In this document: in pieces, positions 26,685 through 34,933 of the stretch
How the letters are laid out: the number at the start of each line of letters is the position of its first letter
Position numbering within the stretch: the first letter of the stretch is position 1
Virus record (IMG/VR): IMGVR_UViG_2778261280_000009
Span: 1-34,933 of that record
DNA length: 34,933 nucleotides
Strand: one strand, 5' to 3'
From: a virus
Lineage: Duplodnaviria > Heunggongvirae > Uroviricota > Caudoviricetes
The notes under the pieces: model-generated
What the model was told of the DNA's origin: nothing
What the model saw: the letters and a program-made list of their open reading frames with translations, nothing else
The model's database searches: none
Position numbers and translations under genes: made by a program

Positions 26685-27509
26685 ATGTCTCAGAACTTAG
26701 ACGCAACCGCAATTAATCAAATCCATGCCCTTATTTCTGCTCAGGGTGTTAATGAAATTATCAGTAAGATTGGTGCCGATGCTGTGGCATTGCCTGAGAA
26801 TTTCCGCATTCATGATCTGGAAAAATTTAATTTAAATCGCTTCCGTTTCCGTGGTGCGCTTTCCACTGCCAGCATCGATGACTTTACCCGTTATTCTAAA
26901 GATCTTGCAGATGAAGGCACCCGCTGCTTTATCGATGCTGATAATATGCGTGCCGTCAGTGTGCTTAACCTGGGTACTATTGATGAACCAGGTCACGCAG
27001 ATAACACCGCCACTCTCAAACTGAAAAAGACAGCACCGTTCTCTGCCCTGTTGTCTGTTAACGGCGAGCGTAACTCCCAGAAGTCACTGGCAGAATGGAT
27101 TGAAGACTGGGCCGACTACCTTGTGGGCTTTGATGCTAATGGTGACGCTATTCAGGCAACAAAAGCGGCTGCGGCAGTCCGTAAAATCACGATTGAAGCA
27201 AACCAGACCGCTGATTTTGAAGATAATGACTTCAGCGGCAAACGCTCCCTGATGGAGTCTGTCGAAGCGAAGACCAAAGACATTATGCCAGTGGCATTTG
27301 AATTTAAATGCGTTCCGTTTGAAGGCCTTAAAGAACGTCCGTTTAAATTACGCCTCAGCATTATCACTGGCGATCGTCCTGTACTGGTTCTGCGCATTAT
27401 TCAGCTGGAAGCGGTGCAGGAAGAAATGGCTAACGAATTTCGTGATCTGCTTGTTGAGAAATTTAAAGACAGCAAAGTAGAAACCTTTATTGGTACTTTC
27501 ACCGCCTGA
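26685..27509 (+). CDS. Hypothetical protein, YfdQ-like (274 aa)
   Basis: 274-aa ORF with good spacing and Shine-Dalgarno; size and position match YfdQ of the CPS-53 prophage from recollection. Confidence 0.55.
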   Translation: MSQNLDATAINQIHALISAQGVNEIISKIGADAVALPENFRIHDLEKFNLNRFRFRGALSTASIDDFTRYSKDLADEGTRCFIDADNMRAVSVLNLGTIDEPGHADNTATLKLKKTAPFSALLSVNGERNSQKSLAEWIEDWADYLVGFDANGDAIQATKAAAAVRKITIEANQTADFEDNDFSGKRSLMESVEAKTKDIMPVAFEFKCVPFEGLKERPFKLRLSIITGDRPVLVLRIIQLEAVQEEMANEFRDLLVEKFKDSKVETFIGTFTA

Positions 27510-27636
27510 TTTCATTACTGCAAATGCCCCTGCGGGGGCATTTATGGAAACATAATTTACTCAATAATCGCCGGATGGTGATGGCTTCCTTTTACCAGAA
27601 TTCAGCGCGGTGCAGCGCATATACGTGGAGAACAAA

Positions 27637-28173
27637 ATGTCATTTATTAAAACTTTTTCCGGGAAGCATTTTTATTATGACAGGATAAATAAAGACGACA
27701 TCGTTATTAACGATATCGCGGTTTCCCTTTCAAATATCTGTCGCTTTGCAGGACATCTTTCACACTTCTACAGCGTCGCCCAACATGCGGTGCTTTGCAG
27801 CCAGCTGGTACCGCAGGAATTTGCTTTTGAAGCGTTAATGCATGATGCAACAGAAGCATATTGCCAGGACATCCCCGCACCACTGAAACGCCTTCTTCCT
27901 GACTATAAACGGATGGAAGAAAAAATAGACGCCGTAATCCGTGAGAAATACGGGTTACCTCCTGTTATGAGCACGCCAGTGAAATATGCCGATCTCATTA
28001 TGCTGGCAACCGAACGCCGCGATCTCGGGCTTGATGATGGCTCTTTCTGGCCTGTACTGGAAGGTATCCCGGCGACAGAGATGTTCAAAGTTATTCCACT
28101 GTCACCAGGCCATGCCTACGGGATGTTTATGGAACGTTTTAACGAGTTATCGGAGTTACGCAAATGCGCATGA
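27637..28173 (+). CDS. HD-domain phosphohydrolase, YfdR-like 5'-deoxynucleotidase
   Basis: Start at MSFIKTF with a GGAG Shine-Dalgarno (178 aa); His/Asp metal-binding residues consistent with HD (SHFYSVAQH...HDATEAY...D). Confidence 0.6.
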   Translation: MSFIKTFSGKHFYYDRINKDDIVINDIAVSLSNICRFAGHLSHFYSVAQHAVLCSQLVPQEFAFEALMHDATEAYCQDIPAPLKRLLPDYKRMEEKIDAVIREKYGLPPVMSTPVKYADLIMLATERRDLGLDDGSFWPVLEGIPATEMFKVIPLSPGHAYGMFMERFNELSELRKCA

Positions 28174-28529
28174 ATGTTTTCGAAATGGAAGGGTTTCTTC
28201 GCGGGAAATGTGTACCGCGAGATCTGAAAGTGAACGAAACAAATGCTGAGTACCTGGTACGTAAATTCGATGCGCTTGAAGCTAAATGTGCGGCACTGGA
28301 AAACAAAATAATACCAGTGTCAGCTGAACTACCACCAGCAAATGAAAGTGTTCTGTTATTTGATGCTAACGGAGAAGGCTGGCTGATTGGCTGGCGTTCT
28401 CTCTGGTACACCTGGGGACAAAAAGAAACCGGAGAATGGCAGTGGACATTTCAGGTCGGGGACATTGAAAGCGTCAATATCACTCACTGGGCAGTAATGC
28501 CAAAAGCACCGGAGGCTGGAGCACAATGA
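28164..28529 (+). CDS. Hypothetical protein, YfdS-like (121 aa)
   Basis: ORF overlapping neighbours in operon fashion; Trp-rich C-terminus. Confidence 0.45.
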   Translation: MRMNVFEMEGFLRGKCVPRDLKVNETNAEYLVRKFDALEAKCAALENKIIPVSAELPPANESVLLFDANGEGWLIGWRSLWYTWGQKETGEWQWTFQVGDIESVNITHWAVMPKAPEAGAQ

Positions 28530-29305
28530 CCACATTTACCGATAAAGAACTGATTAAAGAAATCAAAGAGCGTATCAGCAGCCTGGAGGTTCGAGACGAT
28601 ATTGAGCGCCGTGCTTATGAAATTGCTCTGGCATCGCTGGAAGAGGAGCCGGTGGCATGGCTACATTCAGACAATGGCTTAGGTATTCCAGCAATAACCA
28701 GGAGTAAAAACATTGCTGACAGTTGGTTATCAAAGGGCTGGTATGTTCAGCCGCTATATATAGCCAAGCCAGTGCCGGTGGTGCCAGATGCTCGTCCGTC
28801 TTTAAATAATGGCATAGTCGGTTTTGATGAAGGCTGGAACGCCTGCCGCGCCGCCATGCTTCATGGTGCCGAACCTGTAAACCAAACTTACAAGTCACCA
28901 CACACGCAGTTTGAACAAGTTGCTGACCTCTACGAAATGCAATTTGATGACGGTCGCACTTGTGCCTTTCACACTGATGCGCAAAAGGCTGCGCAATGGC
29001 TTCAGGTGTGCGACGGAAACAGGGTTCAGGAATACGTTAAGCTGGAACGGCTGCAGAACGTGCTGTCTGGCAACTCTCCGGTAAGTCCGGGTGGTTGGAT
29101 AAGCTGTAGTGAGCGAATGCCGAATGATAAACAGTATGTTTGGTGTTGGGGGAAGTCTTACGGCTGGACTGAGTGCGATACCTTCGAAGGGTATTACGAT
29201 TGGTCGAGAAACAAATGGTGGGCAGTTACTGACGATGGGGAAGAACCGGCATCGAAAGTAACCCACTGGATGCCGCTACCGGAGCCACCGCAGGAGGTGA
29301 AGTAA
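28526..29305 (+). CDS. DUF551-like domain protein (259 aa)
   Basis: C-terminal Trp/Cys-rich segment WISCSERMPNDKQYVWCWGK...THWMPLPEPP is typical of the phage DUF551 domain. Confidence 0.5.
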   Translation: MTTFTDKELIKEIKERISSLEVRDDIERRAYEIALASLEEEPVAWLHSDNGLGIPAITRSKNIADSWLSKGWYVQPLYIAKPVPVVPDARPSLNNGIVGFDEGWNACRAAMLHGAEPVNQTYKSPHTQFEQVADLYEMQFDDGRTCAFHTDAQKAAQWLQVCDGNRVQEYVKLERLQNVLSGNSPVSPGGWISCSERMPNDKQYVWCWGKSYGWTECDTFEGYYDWSRNKWWAVTDDGEEPASKVTHWMPLPEPPQEVK

Positions 29306-29499
29306 TGAACAACTTAATGACAACTAAACAAGTCGCCGACTTCTGTGGCGTTTCAGTATCGACCGTTCTTCGCTGGAACAGCGTAAACAGGAGAACTGGC
29401 CAGAAGTACAGGCCTGACTTTCCAGATCCTGATATTAAATCCTGCCCAAATAAATGGGCATCACGCAAGATATACAGGTTTGCTGGAGTTATTGAGTGA
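29305..29499 (+). CDS. Excisionase-like / AlpA-family HTH DNA-binding protein
   Basis: 64 aa; TTKQVADFCGVSVSTVLRW is an Xis/AlpA-type HTH; located at the integration-module end of the prophage. Confidence 0.55.
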   Translation: MNNLMTTKQVADFCGVSVSTVLRWNSVNRRTGQKYRPDFPDPDIKSCPNKWASRKIYRFAGVIE

Positions 29500-29533
29500 T
29501 GGGTATTAGCTCATATCAGAACTAATACCCATC
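29498..29533. repeat. Perfect 12-bp inverted repeat with 12-nt loop, overlapping the excisionase-like gene stop
   Basis: GATGGGTATTAG...CTAATACCCATC; no U tract follows. Confidence 0.6.
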
Positions 29534-29701
29534 AATGACACAGAGCCAACTACCCACCCTGTGTCAGGGGCTAACTTTTAACACCATAATTCACCGCTAG
29601 ATAAAAACTGTATTGCATTGCACGAGCGGCGCAGCATTATCAGTTAGAGTGTCTTTACCTTGTTAGGCTCCACAGTTCGCACTGTCCAACGCCTGTCACT
29701 T

Positions 29702-32700
29702 TCACACGCTGCGCCTTCGAGAATATTCATTTAATCGCTGATAACGAACATCTTGCTCCAGTTGTGGAGCAGCTTGAACAATTTGAAGCAAGCATTGCCC
29801 CAACTCTCGAGGCCCCCAGTGTTGGTCGGCAATCACGGCATTCAGCAGGGATAGAGCGTCCGCAGGATATCGGCTGCAAATATCTGATTTTAGCAAAAGG
29901 CGAACGTCGTAGCTAAGGTGTTCGAGCGGTTGCAGCCAGTCCTGCACCACTGCCAAAGCCGCCGGAAATTCACCTCGGGCAGCAATCACCATACGAGTCA
30001 ACGATTCGGATATGCGTGGGGTGGCCAAGTTGCGGGACTTTGGCCAAACCTGTTGCCAAAATGGCTGGACACGATTTTTCCAATACTCCTCGCGCTGATC
30101 GCCCGCACCTTCAAGTGCCTGGTATAACGCCTGCGCGGCTACCTCCAGACCTTCTTGTGGAAGAGCACTAATTGCCGTTCGGAACTCCTCCACGGTATAT
30201 CCCTCGGTAGGGCCCAGAGCTGCATAAGTCAGGAAAGTAGCGAATTGCTGCCGGTGCTCGCCAAGATCAGAATAGTGATTGGCGCTCTCCAAAAAATCTG
30301 ACTTGAAAGCTATCAGCAACGGTTCATACAGGCGTGGCGACCAGAGGAAGCCTTCCCACACAGCTTTTGCTTCGACGGGATTACTCCAAGCAAACAAGGG
30401 CAATAGATACTGTTCGGTCCAAGGTCGATCTACGCGAAAAAATGCGATCAGCCGCGACCCCAGCAACACCCGACCATGGCGGAATAGCTCTATCTGTACA
30501 TTACACAATTTGGTGAAAAGTGTTTTCAATTCAACAGGAAGCAAATCATTGTCATTCGGGTTCTGTTTGAACCATAGGGTGATCAGTGATTGCGTGACAT
30601 GCCCAATGGGATGATTGATCGCCGTAGAAACAGGATCATAGGTCTCAATTCCGTTTCGAATGGTGCTAGACTCTGGGCTTGTTTCTATCATCAGAACCCG
30701 ACGACAAAGGGCCAGTAGAATCTCCTCGTGGCAGAGGATGGACTTCGAAGCCTCCTCCATCCACCAAGTGACAGCGTGGGAAATCTCCTGAAGTACTGCG
30801 TCAGGCATGTCAAGCACCAACGGTGCGGCGTACCGCCACGAACGCAAAATCATCCCTGGTTCAGCCCAAGTCTGCAGAGCTTCACGCCACCGACCAACAG
30901 GCCACACATCATCTTGTGATAGTTTACGTAACGCATACAGACTGTGAAAAAAGCGCGTACGGCAAACATCACTCCAAGTGTCCTCATAGAAAGGCAGTCT
31001 TTCTGGCATAGGCTTTGCGAGCCATTGCACTAATTCCTGCCACTTACGGGGCGCAATGTCGACATCTATACTCTCCTCGAAGCCTGGATCACCGGTTCCG
31101 CTCATCCAGTGAGAGAATTCATCACGCTCGTTGGTTGCCAGTTGCCATTTTGGGTATGCTGTGGATATTTCCGTCAAACGTGTAGCCGCAGACTCTCCCA
31201 AAACAAGGCCCGCTCCCCTGAGCTTCGCTAGACACAACCAGACAGAATGAGCCACCAAATAATGCCACCTGTCTGCTTCCAAATTATCCTCGTACATCTC
31301 GCGCGGAGGCCCTGCCAAGATAGCAGTTTCCAGACGCTCTTGTGCAATTCCTGTCAGATGTCGTCCCTGCAAAACAAATAGTCTGAATACCTCTCGCCCA
31401 GTATCCGTGGCCCACAACCACCATGAACCGTCCTCTAACAACCAATTAACCCACCGCTCAGGTGGTATGCAGTTGTCTTGGCTTGCGGCAAACAGTGCCA
31501 GACGTTTGAAGGTGGGATATGGCAACTCAAACCAATTCTGAGCAATGCGCGTGGCCTGATCGCTGTCTTTGGCTCGAACGGCTAACCATGAATCCCGAAG
31601 TAATTCAATCAGGCTCACCCAATCGCGGAACCCCCGGTTCTGCCAGTGCGGAGTGATGGACGGCAAATCCCAATGCGAGCGGTCGTGACGATCGTCGGAC
31701 TCTCCCAACTCCCGCAACAAGTCCAGTGCATCACGCAACAACTGCTGAAAATCTTCCAACAGGTATGGCAAGGACGATTTCCATGACTCGTCAGCAAGGT
31801 CGAACAGGGTTGAACGTACGTAATCAGCAGTCAGCACCAGCTCCCAATCCACCAATTGCTTGATTCGCAAGGGCTCATCAGTGCTGCTCGAATCGTCTTC
31901 ACTATAGCGAAACGGCCGCCTCAACATAACCTTGGGAGAAAGCAACTCGCGTAACTCCAAGCGCAATGTAGTCGTCAAGCCTTCATTCTTTAAGCGGTTT
32001 TGCCAACGATACAAATCCAGGTTCTGCAATGGCGATTTCACACGACCACTAAGCAGAAGCCGCCATAAAGTAGACATAGGTGGACCAGGAATAGCCAGGG
32101 GGGAATGCAAGAGAATTTCATCTAACTCAGAAGTCTTACGCTCCCGCATCAGTGCTGCTAAGCGATCTAGTTCGCTCTCAATCAGAAACATCCAACGGTC
32201 GTGTATTTGTCCGCCGCGTTCAGCAATCCATATGATCAACCTAGGGTCGCCCAGATAACGAACTAGCCAACGGGCTATATGGGACATTACGTCATCCCAT
32301 TTGCTAGCACTGACACATCCAGAAACCAGCGACATCTGCGGGGCTAGCTCATAGGACGCAGGACGCTGAACCAGGCTGAATCGGAGTTTCGGGTCAATTT
32401 CGACATGCGGAGATACACAAAAGCGTGGCAGATCGCTGTATTTAAATCGTTCGTCCGAGAAAGCTTTCAATAACCAATCCAGCGGCGGTGCAGGATTGAG
32501 TTCCGCAAAACATTTTGCTGGTAAACCTGACTTATCAGATAAGGCCCACATCATCCGACCAACGAAATCGTCCTGCCGAGTACTATCCTGCGGGCGGGCC
32601 AGAGCATGTTTGACGACAATGGCTTCTTTGCCTTGTATACCATCGCGATAAATATTTGCCCAAGCGCACAATGTATGGTGCATCGCTGAATGATCATTGG

Positions 32701-33529
32701 AGTCCGCCGGTACGGTGTAAAGGATGGGGGTGACCCCCTTGGCCTCCCACTCGATAGATTTCCGGTGCTCCTGCCCCGGCTCACATTCTCCTAGTGCCCA
32801 TACTTGCGGCGTGACTTCACCGAGCCTCCGATCTGCTGCCAGTGCGTCCATCATATAGCGTAGCACCGGGTCGTTGATGCTGTAGCCCACGAAGCAGACT
32901 ACGTAGTTACGGAACAAGTCACTTACAAAACGGGCTGCCCAGCGTTCCGTGAGATAGGCTAAGCCAAAGTCTCCACTAGTGACAACCAGACGATTCAGAG
33001 CAGTATCGTCTGTCTTTTCCGGTAACAACCCATGCAGGTAGACTATTCCGTCCCAGCGACTATTTTTCGGAATTGGCAGCATCGGCGCTACATAAGCCTG
33101 AAACGCTTGGGCCGTGCGTTTAGCTGCCACATGAAATAAGCGGTCAAAGTTGGTAGTAACTAACCGAAGGGCACCATCGCGACTACGCGCCAAACGCAAC
33201 AGCGCCATCTGAGTATCAGTTGCGCCTCTATAGTGAAGTTTTGGCTTAAGGGCTTGTTCCAGCGCGCGACGGACGGCTATACGCTGTCCCGGTAGGCGCC
33301 GTTCCAACAAATCCAATGTGGCGTCGAACTGACCGCGCTTGAAGGCCTCACACTCAATTTCTGAAAGTGTTGTTCCGTTCAACTGGTAAATCCGCTTTAC
33401 CAATCCCTTGAAACCTGGCAAACCAGCAGGGTAGGAAATGCCTGCCCCGCAGAAGAACACCACGCGGCCTTCCTCGTGCGCCTGCAAAAGTTCATCCGGA
33501 ATATCAGGGCCGTTGGTGATAAATTGCAT
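29702..33529 (-). CDS. Large SIR2-like domain protein (1275 aa), candidate defence-associated sirtuin-type NADase
   Basis: AGGAGG Shine-Dalgarno 8 nt upstream of the ATG; N-terminal VVFFCGAGISYPAGLP, TTNFD (N127) and YLHG (H166) fit the SIR2-like fold; about 1000 aa of Trp/Leu-rich helical sequence with no Walker A motif. Confidence 0.7.
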   Translation of the reverse strand: MQFITNGPDIPDELLQAHEEGRVVFFCGAGISYPAGLPGFKGLVKRIYQLNGTTLSEIECEAFKRGQFDATLDLLERRLPGQRIAVRRALEQALKPKLHYRGATDTQMALLRLARSRDGALRLVTTNFDRLFHVAAKRTAQAFQAYVAPMLPIPKNSRWDGIVYLHGLLPEKTDDTALNRLVVTSGDFGLAYLTERWAARFVSDLFRNYVVCFVGYSINDPVLRYMMDALAADRRLGEVTPQVWALGECEPGQEHRKSIEWEAKGVTPILYTVPADSNDHSAMHHTLCAWANIYRDGIQGKEAIVVKHALARPQDSTRQDDFVGRMMWALSDKSGLPAKCFAELNPAPPLDWLLKAFSDERFKYSDLPRFCVSPHVEIDPKLRFSLVQRPASYELAPQMSLVSGCVSASKWDDVMSHIARWLVRYLGDPRLIIWIAERGGQIHDRWMFLIESELDRLAALMRERKTSELDEILLHSPLAIPGPPMSTLWRLLLSGRVKSPLQNLDLYRWQNRLKNEGLTTTLRLELRELLSPKVMLRRPFRYSEDDSSSTDEPLRIKQLVDWELVLTADYVRSTLFDLADESWKSSLPYLLEDFQQLLRDALDLLRELGESDDRHDRSHWDLPSITPHWQNRGFRDWVSLIELLRDSWLAVRAKDSDQATRIAQNWFELPYPTFKRLALFAASQDNCIPPERWVNWLLEDGSWWLWATDTGREVFRLFVLQGRHLTGIAQERLETAILAGPPREMYEDNLEADRWHYLVAHSVWLCLAKLRGAGLVLGESAATRLTEISTAYPKWQLATNERDEFSHWMSGTGDPGFEESIDVDIAPRKWQELVQWLAKPMPERLPFYEDTWSDVCRTRFFHSLYALRKLSQDDVWPVGRWREALQTWAEPGMILRSWRYAAPLVLDMPDAVLQEISHAVTWWMEEASKSILCHEEILLALCRRVLMIETSPESSTIRNGIETYDPVSTAINHPIGHVTQSLITLWFKQNPNDNDLLPVELKTLFTKLCNVQIELFRHGRVLLGSRLIAFFRVDRPWTEQYLLPLFAWSNPVEAKAVWEGFLWSPRLYEPLLIAFKSDFLESANHYSDLGEHRQQFATFLTYAALGPTEGYTVEEFRTAISALPQEGLEVAAQALYQALEGAGDQREEYWKNRVQPFWQQVWPKSRNLATPRISESLTRMVIAARGEFPAALAVVQDWLQPLEHLSYDVRLLLKSDICSRYPADALSLLNAVIADQHWGPRELGQCLLQIVQAAPQLEQDVRYQRLNEYSRRRSV

Positions 33530-33715
33530 TCCTTTTCCTCCTATCCAATGTGGATATTCATTCGAGCAAATTAGGGGACAATGGGGCTACAGATTATTAG
33601 ACCGACTATGCAAACACTGCTTCCTTGCAAGCTACCCTGATCTAGCCAAATCACAATGTCCGCTCTCCTATCAAAGCAAACGGCTAGATTTGATTGTATT
33701 ATGGCTACTCAAGGA

Positions 33716-34933
33716 TCAGTTAGAGTCTGAGCAAGTAATTATCGATTCAATCCTCTCCCACCATGCCAAGTAAGCTTTACGCTGTTCTTCTAGATAATCG
33801 CTCTTATCATAAACTTGCCATACCCCTGGCAGCTTATGACCAAGCATGATTTCTGCGATATGAGGCGCAGTAAGATCAGAAAAATTTGTTCGTGCTGTCC
33901 GTCTCAAGTCATGAAGAGACCAATGAGGGAATTGATACCCAAAACGCCGCCATGCGTATTGCATTAAATTGTAAGGTAGCGACTGCAAGGATGTCCGACC
34001 AACTGGTTCCCTGCTTCCTTCCTTAGTAAAAAGCATATCGGAACCATTGTTCATAGAGATAGTGTACTTTATAAGCTCTTCAACCTGTTCAATAATGGGC
34101 CGCTTTAGCGGTTCGCCTGTTATCTCCCCAGTCTTATGTCGTTCTGGTGGTACAGTCCATACCTTATTAATGAAATCAAAATCGTCTACCCTAGCGGTAA
34201 TTAGCTCTGAACTACGGCAGCCAAAATGCAGCAATAGTTTAATGAAGGCCCGGTATTTAGGAACCATTCGAGAACCATCGATCGCAGCATAAAGGATTTT
34301 AATTTCATCATGTGTCAGAAACCGTTTCTTCTGACCTTTACGGATATCCATATCTTTACCCGTGATATCCGACAGCGGGCGAGTTTCAATGAGCTTTCTC
34401 TTATACGCCCATACATGGGCCTGCTTTGCGTTAATTAGCAATCGGTCTGCTATTGCTGGAGTCTTAGTGCAAAGAGGTTCCAGGACTTCTAACCAATCAT
34501 GCAATGTAGCTGCATCGTGAGGGATATTCCCGATTTTAGAGAACAGGTGCAGCTCAAACGAGCGGAGTATCTGTTCAGAACCTTTTTTATTTTTTACACA
34601 ATATGCTTCATACCAGGCACGGATCACAGACTCTACCGTCATGGCTTCAGTAGCTTTTCGTTTTTCAGCCTGCTTGACCAATCGTGGATTGCGGTTTGAC
34701 TCGAGTTCACCACGGAGACGGATAACTTCTTCTCTGGCCTCTTTTAATCCAGTTGCCGGGTAAGTTCCGATATCAAGACGCTCACCTTTCCCCGCCCACT
34801 GATAACGATATTGGAACACTACGCGACCTTTCGGTGATACTCTGACAGACAGACCATCACGATCGGATTTAACCAAAACCTTATCACGTTCCTTTCCAAC
34901 GACTGAACGCAACCACGCATCAGACAGCGCCAT
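33716..34933 (-). CDS. int: Tyrosine site-specific integrase (P4 / CP4-57 type)
   Basis: 405 aa; N-terminal arm-binding-like domain (MALSDAWLRS...), catalytic HDLRRT box and C-terminal Tyr (WQVYDK); ATG is the last three bases of the window. Confidence 0.85.
   Translation of the reverse strand: MALSDAWLRSVVGKERDKVLVKSDRDGLSVRVSPKGRVVFQYRYQWAGKGERLDIGTYPATGLKEAREEVIRLRGELESNRNPRLVKQAEKRKATEAMTVESVIRAWYEAYCVKNKKGSEQILRSFELHLFSKIGNIPHDAATLHDWLEVLEPLCTKTPAIADRLLINAKQAHVWAYKRKLIETRPLSDITGKDMDIRKGQKKRFLTHDEIKILYAAIDGSRMVPKYRAFIKLLLHFGCRSSELITARVDDFDFINKVWTVPPERHKTGEITGEPLKRPIIEQVEELIKYTISMNNGSDMLFTKEGSREPVGRTSLQSLPYNLMQYAWRRFGYQFPHWSLHDLRRTARTNFSDLTAPHIAEIMLGHKLPGVWQVYDKSDYLEEQRKAYLAWWERIESIITCSDSN

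Noticed and set aside
29702-33529. Classifying the SIR2 protein as a STAND/Avs-type NTPase or a Thoeris ThsA
   Set aside because: No Walker A (GxxxxGK[ST]) motif anywhere in the 1275 aa and no SLOG-like C-terminal domain or partner TIR gene nearby; the architecture fits a standalone sirtuin better.
1-34933. tRNA genes or attachment-site direct repeats inside the window
   Set aside because: No tRNA-like T-loop or acceptor signatures were seen, and the integrase start coincides with the window end, so the att site presumably lies outside.
33716-34933. Lambda-type Int/Xis pair
   Set aside because: The integrase has P4/CP4-57-like N-terminal and catalytic signatures and is separated from the excisionase-like gene by the 3.8-kb SIR2 gene in convergent orientation, unlike the overlapping xis-int of lambda.

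Overview
This window is most of a lambdoid prophage, probably from E. coli or a close relative, with lytic genes on the minus strand. The tail and packaging module (M, H, G/T, V, U, Z, FII, Nu1, cos) is lambda-like and partly near-identical to lambda from my recollection of those protein sequences; the head genes (FI, E, D, C, B, W, A) are related but diverged. Moving right: a lambda-type cos site, a lysis cassette (holin, lambda-R-like endolysin, Rz/Rz1), an orphan DNA methyltransferase, an AT-rich moron ORF, a Q antiterminator, a nin-like region (DUF968, KilA-N, RusA, LexA-DBD-only protein, Dam-like methyltransferase), an O-like replication initiator with internal iteron-like repeats, a cro/cI immunity region, and a rightward early operon (YfdP/Q/R/S-like, DUF551, excisionase-like). 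The most interesting locus is a 1275-aa minus-strand gene (29702..33529) between the excisionase-like gene and a P4-type tyrosine integrase: it has an N-terminal SIR2-like domain and about 1000 aa of unassigned helical sequence with no P-loop, so I read it as a single-gene NAD+-depleting anti-phage defence candidate of the defence-associated-sirtuin type. No rRNA, tRNA, CRISPR array or IS element was recognised. All calls rest on reading the sequence and recalled family features; no database search was run.
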